DNA of 64,000 nucleotides, taken from an uncultured Clostridia bacterium (GTDB taxonomy: Bacteria > Bacillota > Clostridia > Christensenellales > UBA1242). The notes under the pieces were generated by a model. The model did no database searches. It saw only the letters and a program-made list of their open reading frames with translations, and was not told the origin of the DNA. The position numbers and the translations under genes are program-made. The stretch is taken from positions 7,526 to 71,525 of the forward strand of contig CAMRSX010000007.1 in the NCBI GenBank assembly GCA_947053595.1, in the 5' to 3' direction. This document shows, in pieces, positions 58,554-64,000 of the stretch; position 1 is the first letter of the stretch; every line of letters starts with the position of its first letter.

Positions 58554-58730
58554 GCATGGCAAAACTTCGTTTGTGCCTTGTTTTCAAAATTTATTTTGAA
58601 AAACAGCAGTAACACTCGTTTTTGCCATTTAGCGACCAAACGAAATCGCACTTATGTTTGCGATTTGTCGCAACTCTCTTTCGAAGAACTTTCTTCGAAC
58701 AAAACTCACAAAGACGGACATAAAACCTCG

Positions 58731-58826
58731 TAAAAATGCTTGTCATTTTTGCGAAAGAGGAGCAAACAACGAAAAGGCGAAACTTTTCGTGCGTGCACGA
58801 AAATGAGCAACAGTGCAGTTTGTGAC
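58731..58826 (+). repeat. structured spacer repeat (family C/E), second copy in the tRNA operon
   Basis: TAAAAATGCTTGTCATTTTTGCGAAAGAGGAGCAAAC...TTTTCGTG-CGTG-CACGAAAA...GAGCAACAGTGCAGTTTGT, ending 5 nt before tRNA-Gln(TTG). Confidence 0.65.
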
Positions 58827-58830
58827 GCAT

Positions 58831-58905
58831 AGGGGTGTAGCCAAGCGGTAAGGCACACGACTTTGACTCGTGCATGCGTAGGTTCAAATCCTGCCACCCC
58901 TGCCA
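58831..58905 (+). tRNA. tRNA-Gln (TTG)
   Basis: AGGGGTGTAGCCAAGCGGTAAGGCACACGACTTTGACTCGTG...GTAGGTTCAAATCCTGCCACCCCTGCCA. Confidence 0.9.
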
Positions 58906-58908
58906 TAT

Positions 58909-58984
58909 GGTTCGCTAGCTCAGCCGGTAGAGCACTTGACTTTTAATCAAGGGGTCCCGGGTTCGAATCCCGGGCGAGCCACCA
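58909..58984 (+). tRNA. tRNA-Lys (TTT)
   Basis: GGTTCGCTAGCTCAGCCGGTAGAGCACTTGACTTTTAATCAAGGGGTCCCGGGTTCGAATCCCGGGCGAGCCACCA. Confidence 0.9.
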
Positions 58985-59008
58985 AAACGCTTATAAGAGC
59001 GTTTTTTT
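58985..59008 (+). terminator. tRNA operon terminator
   Basis: AACGCT / AGCGTT stem followed by T7. Confidence 0.55.
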
Positions 59009-59028
59009 AATAGCAAACAGGAGAAAAC

Positions 59029-60048
59029 ATGACAAAAAAGAAAAAAATTTACACAACCATCTTTGCAGCCCTTGGCATTCTTGCCATTGTTAGCGGAGTG
59101 TTGGCGCTTTGTTTATGTCTGCCAAAAAAGCAAACTCCACCCACTCCCCCTCCAGCAGACACCAACATGAGCACAGCCACAGCACAGCAACTTGTCAACA
59201 ATATTTGTGTGGATTTGGGCATTTTGTCCAAACAGAGCAACGAAGATGAAGCCACTCAAGCAAGTGCAACTGCACTGGATGAATATTTGCAAGACATTGA
59301 AGAGGACGAAAATGTTGACCTTCCTTCCGTCATCAACTCTGCTGATATGGTGTATTGCTTGGCATTTTCAAAAGGCATTGTGGACAACATCCACGCTGAA
59401 GACACTTATTATTTAAGCAGTGTTGCAAGCGGAAAAGTTACACTTTCAAACGGCAGCACACAAATTTTGCCAAACAACCTATTTTTCAGTTATGGCATCA
59501 AAAACAACACGCTCACCATCAACGCAATTGTTGCCTCAGCTTCAGAAAACAACGCATATTTTGTCCGCCTTGAAATGACCCACATCTCCTCAACCTCTTG
59601 GGAACTGAACTTTTTGAAATACAACACCCCAAGTGAATGGGATGGAAAAGAAACTTATTCTTCTTCCATGGCTGTTGGAAATGTCATCTTTTGTCAGGCA
59701 AAGGCAGCAAATCACAAACTGACAGAAGTGGAAGTTTCAAAAATCACGGCAGCAGAAGGCGCAGTTGAAAAAACCGGAAACCAAATCAACAGCACCGAGA
59801 AGGTGGGCATTGAAATGACATATCTCAACACAACAACAAACAAAAAAATTTTCAACCTAAGAGGTGGCGCTGGCATCCCAGAAAACAAGCCTCAAACCCT
59901 TTCAGACAAAGATGCACTTGCCAAAATCAACAGTATATATGTCAAAGTTGCGGCAAGCACAACCCCTGCCTTCAAAGAGATGAAAACAAAGTCTTCAAAC
60001 ATCCTTCAAAATGCAATTTCCGTTTATGTTGACTATTTTTCAAAATAA
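59029..60048 (+). CDS. hypothetical membrane-anchored protein (339 aa)
   Basis: AGGAGAA RBS. N-terminal anchor IYTTIFAALGILAIVSGVLALCLCL followed by a PPTPPPAD linker. No motif recognised. Confidence 0.6.
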   Translation: MTKKKKIYTTIFAALGILAIVSGVLALCLCLPKKQTPPTPPPADTNMSTATAQQLVNNICVDLGILSKQSNEDEATQASATALDEYLQDIEEDENVDLPSVINSADMVYCLAFSKGIVDNIHAEDTYYLSSVASGKVTLSNGSTQILPNNLFFSYGIKNNTLTINAIVASASENNAYFVRLEMTHISSTSWELNFLKYNTPSEWDGKETYSSSMAVGNVIFCQAKAANHKLTEVEVSKITAAEGAVEKTGNQINSTEKVGIEMTYLNTTTNKKIFNLRGGAGIPENKPQTLSDKDALAKINSIYVKVAASTTPAFKEMKTKSSNILQNAISVYVDYFSK

Positions 60049-60147
60049 AAAAAGAGAGCAAGGGCTATAAATTTTGAAACTAGCAAAATAAAAAGGACAG
60101 TTAATCAAAAATAATAAACTGTCTTTTTGTATTCCATTGGATTTTAA

Positions 60148-60573
60148 CTAATCTTGATGTCCATTTATTATTCCATCTATCAATTTGCAAAACTTTTTAT
60201 TTCTATATAATTTTGTATTTTCATAAACTTTTCTTAAACATGGATTTCTAAACAACCCGACCCAATCTTTTTCATATTTCTTCCATGATGGCAACATAGA
60301 TTCCATGTGGTTAAGAAATAAGACCAAAAACCTATATTGCTTTTCACTCATCTTATCTGCTTTAATTGGACATTCTCCAGTGCCATTATTATTACTCAAA
60401 ATTCCAGCTAATTCTGGCTCATTCATGTAATATAACCATAGTTCTCTGTGAGATAATATCGCCGCCTTTCTTCTATCTATTTTGATTTTAAATAAAATAG
60501 TTACACTCACTAAAATAATTGAGATTAAAATCATTGCTAAAAATGTTATTAACAGAATTTCAAAAGTTGTCAT
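60148..60573 (-). CDS. hypothetical membrane-anchored protein (141 aa) in a visibly more AT-rich island
   Basis: AAGGAGAG RBS and N-terminal TM ILLITFLAMILISIILVSVTILF. Composition is clearly more AT-rich than the flanks (by eye). Confidence 0.55.
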   Translation of the reverse strand: MTTFEILLITFLAMILISIILVSVTILFKIKIDRRKAAILSHRELWLYYMNEPELAGILSNNNGTGECPIKADKMSEKQYRFLVLFLNHMESMLPSWKKYEKDWVGLFRNPCLRKVYENTKLYRNKKFCKLIDGIINGHQD

Positions 60574-60657
60574 CTTTTCTCTCCTTATACTTTTGTATTA
60601 TAACATACTCTTGTTAAAAATGCATCATTTTTTATAAAAAATTCATTTTGGGATTCT

Positions 60658-60714
60658 GGCGTGTGCTTGTCTTATACGAGCGCCTTCGCTTCGCTCGGCA
60701 GACAGGCACACGCC
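60658..60714. repeat. 57-nt compound palindrome
   Basis: Outer arms GGCGTGTGCTTGTCT (60658-60672) and AGACAGGCACACGCC (60700-60714). Inner stem CGAGCG (60677-60682) / CGCTCG (60692-60697). Confidence 0.6.
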
Positions 60715-61107
60715 TTTAATTAACTTTGTTGCAAAAGAGCGGTTGCTGGCGGAGCATAACGCAATTCGCTCTTTTGTTTTTTGTTTTCCTCTCTCTATTT
60801 TCTAGTGTAAGCGAGTATTCTTTGTTGTCAAGGTTAAAGTGCATGTCTAAGTCTTCTCAAGTGAATTATTCACACGACAACCTATGACAACGGCAGAATT
60901 ATTCGCTTTTTGGGCAGTTAATAGAGAGCAAGGGAAAAAAGGAAACATAGGCCTGTTTTGGTCTATGTTTTTCTTTGTTTTTCTGCTAGTTTCAAAATTG
61001 AGTGACTAAAATCTTGCTCTTTTTTTTCATGCTTTGAATGCAAGCATATCTTTGATTGCATGCTTTCAGCTTGTTGGCTTTACTGCAATGCCTGAAGTTT
61101 GAAGCAA

Positions 61108-61497
61108 TTAAAAAGCATAATCGTTTTTATACAAGCCCAGCGAATAATATTCCGCAACCAGACGAATCACTTCTGCTGTGGTTGGCTTGTGCTCGGCCTT
61201 CAAAACTTCCATGCCATACAGCTTGTTGATGAAGCCAAATCCCTTGGTTTTGTATGTAAAAGCAATGGCGTTGTGCATATTCGCTTCCACCCTAAAAAAG
61301 TCTTTTGCCCCACACTTTTCGGCAACAATGGTAAACAAGCGCCTAAGGTCGTGGATAAGCTCGGGGTTGACAATAACCTCCTTCACCGATTGCGTCAAAA
61401 ATGTAAACCCCACATGGTCACACTTAATTCCAATCCTTATTAGTGTCAGTTTGACAACCTTTTCAATTTCCTTTTCGGTTTCGACAATGTTTTCCAT
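61108..61497 (-). CDS. stand-alone Spo0A C-terminal (effector/DNA-binding) domain protein, no receiver domain (129 aa)
   Basis: IRIGIKCDHVGFTFLTQSV...LFTIVAEKCG...RVEANMHNAIAFTY...INKLYG...HKPTTAEVIRLVAEYY aligns by eye with B. subtilis Spo0A [20 protein letters not shown]...LYPDIAKKFN..RVERAIRHAIEVAW..SSLFG..AKPTNSEFIAMVADKL. GGAGG RBS before ATG 61497. Confidence 0.7.
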   Translation of the reverse strand: MENIVETEKEIEKVVKLTLIRIGIKCDHVGFTFLTQSVKEVIVNPELIHDLRRLFTIVAEKCGAKDFFRVEANMHNAIAFTYKTKGFGFINKLYGMEVLKAEHKPTTAEVIRLVAEYYSLGLYKNDYAF

Positions 61498-61740
61498 ATT
61501 TTGCAACCTCCAATCCATAAGTTCCGCACAAAGCGTCATATTTGGACATAGTTTAACACAAAAAAACAAAAATGCAAAATAATTTTTCAATATTTTACAA
61601 ATTAATTTGAAAAATTTTGTAATTCTAACTCAGTCAACAATAAAAAATGTTCCCAAAACATCGTTATAAGACATATTTTCATAATTTCTAACCCGCCCTC
61701 CTTAATCCGCAATTTTTACAAAAAGAATTAAACAAAGCGC

Positions 61741-62172
61741 CCACCCGTTCAAATCCCACTCCTCAGTCTGCGGTTTTTGAATTAAACAAATCAAAAAAAG
61801 CACAGGCCTTTTCTTTTGGCGGAAACGGTGGGATTCGCTCCGCGGTCTGCCCGTCACAGATGGCTCTTGCCGCTTTCACGCCGGGGTGGGATAACGCAGC
61901 ACTGCTGCCTTTTCTTTTCCACCCGTTCGAATCCCACTCCTCAGTCTACAGTTTTTCAGTTAAACAAATTAAAAAAAGCACAGGCCTTTTCTTTTGGCGG
62001 AAACGGTGGGATTCGCTCCGCGGTCTGCCCGTCACAGATGGCTCTTGCCGCTTTCACGCCGGGGTGGGATAACGCAGCACTGCTGCCTTTTCTTTTCCAC
62101 CCGTTCGAATCCCACTCCTCAGTCTACAGTTTTTCAGTTAAACAAATTAAAAAAAGCACAGGCCTTTTCTTT
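61741..62172 (-). repeat. tandem array: two perfect 178-bp units plus a diverged partial unit, each starting with the 3'-terminal 21 nt of tRNA-Ser(CGA)
   Basis: Units 61817-61994 and 61995-62172 look identical. The partial copy is 61741-61816. The unit start TGGCGGAAACGGTGGGATTCG equals the first 21 nt (+ strand) of the adjacent tRNA gene. Confidence 0.85.
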
Positions 62173-62263
62173 TGGCGGAAACGGTGGGATTCGAACCCAC
62201 GTGCCAGTTCCCTGACAACCGCATTTCGAGTGCGGCTCGGTGCGACCTCTTCGATACGTTTCC
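62173..62263 (-). tRNA. tRNA-Ser (CGA)
   Basis: GGAAACGTATCGAAGAGGTCGCACCGAGCCGCACTCGAAATGCGGTTGTCAGGGAACTGGCACGTGGGTTCGAATCCCACCGTTTCCGCCA. Type II, 3-bp D stem, long variable arm. Confidence 0.9.
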
Positions 62264-62288
62264 ATATTTTCCTGCGCTTTTCGTTGAT

Positions 62289-62317
62289 ATGATATCACTT
62301 TTCTTGTCTTTTTGCAA
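62289..62317 (-). promoter_or_regulatory. tRNA-Ser promoter
   Basis: Minus strand: TTGCAA, 17 nt (ending GTGA), TATCAT. Confidence 0.5.
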
Positions 62318-62375
62318 GTTTTTTGCATCCCATTTTTAAAAAGTGGCTTTTTCCTTCCAAAAAAAACTTTTTCCC

Positions 62376-62405
62376 TTGACTTTTGCGCTCGACTTCAATT
62401 ATAAT
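62376..62405 (+). promoter_or_regulatory. promoter of the ABC exporter, start codon 6 nt after the -10 box
   Basis: TTGACT 62376-62381, 18 nt, TATAAT 62400-62405, GCCAAT, then ATG 62412. No SD. Confidence 0.6.
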
Positions 62406-62411
62406 GCCAAT

Positions 62412-64000
62412 ATGAACACAAACATAAAGTCAAACAAAAGCAAGCAATATTATTTTTTTAAATCGCTTACATATCTCAAGCCATATAAGGGGCTTGGGTT
62501 TCTTTGTGTGCTGAGCTGCGTGCTGGCGGCAGCGCTGTCTGTTGCCTTCCCAATCTTCACCGAAAAAACTTTGACGGCGTTTACAAATCAGGACACCAAG
62601 GCGTTGCTTATCAGCGCAAGTTTGCTTCTGCTGTTTCAGGTTGCTCACTCTGTGACGCACATGGCGTTGTGGGGAAATTCGGCAGACAAGTTGCGCGCAA
62701 AAGTGACAAAAGACATCCGATATAACACGCTTTCCAGCATAATTAACTTGCGAACGCGAAACTTTGACCTGTATGGCAGCGGACGGCTTTTGCAAGTGGT
62801 GACAAGTGACACCGCCACACTTTCTGGCATTTACACCAACATTGTGGATGTGTTTATGAGCATGATGGCAAAGGTTGCGGTGTTTGTTTACATCTTTGCA
62901 GCCAATTACATCCTTGGCTTTTATTGCCTGCTGGAGTTTGCAGCGGTGAGCTTGGCTTATCACTTCCGCATTCGCACCAGAATGAAAGACCGAGCCAAAC
63001 TTAAGAAAGAACACGACAAAAACACAGGTTTTGTCAATGAAATGATTCGCGGCGTGCGGGACATAAAAAACTATAACATTCAAGATTCCATGATGGACAA
63101 GGCGGAAGAGTGCTTGCATAATTTGGAAGTTGTTGACCACCATTTTGGCAGAAAGCAATACCAACTTTTCAGAATGACTGAGCTTACAAAATCGTTTATG
63201 TCCTTTCTTTACATTCCGCTGGCACTGCTTTTAATTCATTATGGTCTTGCCACTTTCCCCATTGCATTCACAATATATGTGTTTAGAAGCGATGTCACTG
63301 GCTTCATCAACTGGGCAATGAATTCTTGGGAATACATCAAAGACGGCGGCTTTTATGCAGAGCGCATCTTTAATGTGATTGGAGGATATCACGAAGGCTT
63401 TGAGGATTTCCCAGAAGAGGACAACTTCAAGAAATTGCCAAAGCAGTTGGATGTCAAAATTGCAAACCTGTCATTTGCTTACAAAGATAATTTGGTGTTG
63501 AAAAACTTCAGCCTTTCCATTGGCCACGGCAGCAAAATTGCCATTGTGGGAGAAAGCGGCAGCGGAAAAAGCACCATTTTGAAGCTTTTAAACAAAACTT
63601 ATGAGGTTGAAAGAGGCAAAATTTTCATTGGCGGATTTGATATTTGCGACTTTTCAAAAGACACACTGCGAAACACTATCACAATTGTTCCGCAAGACCC
63701 ATACATATTCAACTTCTCCATTTTGGACAACCTTAAGATAATCAACCCTGCTGCAAGCAAAAAGCAGATTGAGGCTGCGTGCAAGAAGGCGCAAATTCAT
63801 GATTTCATTCTTTCGTTGCCCGACGGCTATGACACAATTTTGGGCGAAGGTGGAACCAGACTGTCGGGTGGACAAAAGCAGCGCCTTGCCATTGCCAGAG
63901 CGTTTTTGAAAAACAGTCCAATTTTGATTTTTGACGAAACCACAAGCGCGCTGGACAATGAAAATCAAGGCAAAATCAAGGATGCAATTGACAGCATTGG
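62412..64000 (+). CDS. ABC transporter, fused permease/ATP-binding exporter (partial, runs off the window)
   Basis: Not in the ORF track because there is no stop inside the window. Hand-read N-terminal TM domain, Walker A GESGSGKST (about 63549), signature LSGGQKQRLAIARA (about 63860), Walker B ILIFDE. Confidence 0.85.
   Translation, partial: MNTNIKSNKSKQYYFFKSLTYLKPYKGLGFLCVLSCVLAAALSVAFPIFTEKTLTAFTNQDTKALLISASLLLLFQVAHSVTHMALWGNSADKLRAKVTKDIRYNTLSSIINLRTRNFDLYGSGRLLQVVTSDTATLSGIYTNIVDVFMSMMAKVAVFVYIFAANYILGFYCLLEFAAVSLAYHFRIRTRMKDRAKLKKEHDKNTGFVNEMIRGVRDIKNYNIQDSMMDKAEECLHNLEVVDHHFGRKQYQLFRMTELTKSFMSFLYIPLALLLIHYGLATFPIAFTIYVFRSDVTGFINWAMNSWEYIKDGGFYAERIFNVIGGYHEGFEDFPEEDNFKKLPKQLDVKIANLSFAYKDNLVLKNFSLSIGHGSKIAIVGESGSGKSTILKLLNKTYEVERGKIFIGGFDICDFSKDTLRNTITIVPQDPYIFNFSILDNLKIINPAASKKQIEAACKKAQIHDFILSLPDGYDTILGEGGTRLSGGQKQRLAIARAFLKNSPILIFDETTSALDNENQGKIKDAIDSI

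Noticed and set aside
58352-58906. Several 64-99-aa minus-strand ORFs in the tRNA operon
   Set aside because: They are antisense to tRNA-His/Gln/Gln/Lys. The GFEPT-type peptides are the usual translation of T arms.
61741-62172. Possible CRISPR array
   Set aside because: The units are 178 bp, directly abutting and identical, with no unique spacers. No cas genes are present.
61816-62292. 158-aa ORF (and nested 70/73-aa ORFs) reading through the 178-bp tandem units and tRNA-Ser
   Set aside because: The reading frame is an artefact of the repeat. It runs antisense across a tRNA gene and has no RBS.
62430-63164. 244-aa ORF on the minus strand
   Set aside because: It is antisense to the ABC exporter. 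The exporter is missing from the ORF track only because it has no stop inside the window.

Overview
The window looks like a chromosomal segment of an AT-rich, Bacillota/Clostridia-like bacterium using the standard genetic code (TGA is a stop). The taxonomic guess rests on rpsF-ssb-rpsR and mrnC-rlmB-sigH synteny, a Spo0A-like effector domain and Ku/LigD. I support about 50 CDS and 10 tRNA genes. I found no rRNA, CRISPR array, transposase, integrase or reverse transcriptase.

Gene orientation switches three times: minus to plus near 10.6 kb, plus to minus near 35.1 kb, and minus to plus near 57 kb.

Housekeeping content:
- Translation and secretion: prfA, a DUF1385-like::prmC fusion, rpmE, rpsR, ssb, rpsF, secA, ychF.
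- RNA and transcription: mrnC, rlmB, sigH, rlmD.
- tRNA ligases: glnS, hisS, metG.
- DNA: gyrB and gyrA (separated by a two-gene insert), a HelD-like helicase, holA, comEC.
- A Ku/LigD NHEJ locus, a six-tRNA operon and a partial ABC exporter.

Non-housekeeping content worth attention:
1. Four cases (tRNA-Ser, tRNA-fMet, gyrB, glnS) where the last 21-29 nt of a gene is repeated 137-223 bp downstream. For tRNA-Ser this forms a perfect 178-bp tandem array.
2. Several families of short structured intergenic repeats, one of which forms ~90-bp inverted repeats around a three-gene XRE cassette.
3. Three very large envelope or coiled-coil ORFs (2081, 2278 and 995 aa) with no motif I can recognise by eye.
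4. A DnaA-box cluster upstream of hisS.
5. Several apparently leaderless genes.
6. A Cys/His/Asn/Trp-rich mini-protein beside the NHEJ genes, and an orphan Spo0A C-terminal domain protein.

All calls come from reading the sequence and the ORF translations. No database search, HMM, fold or GC calculation was run.
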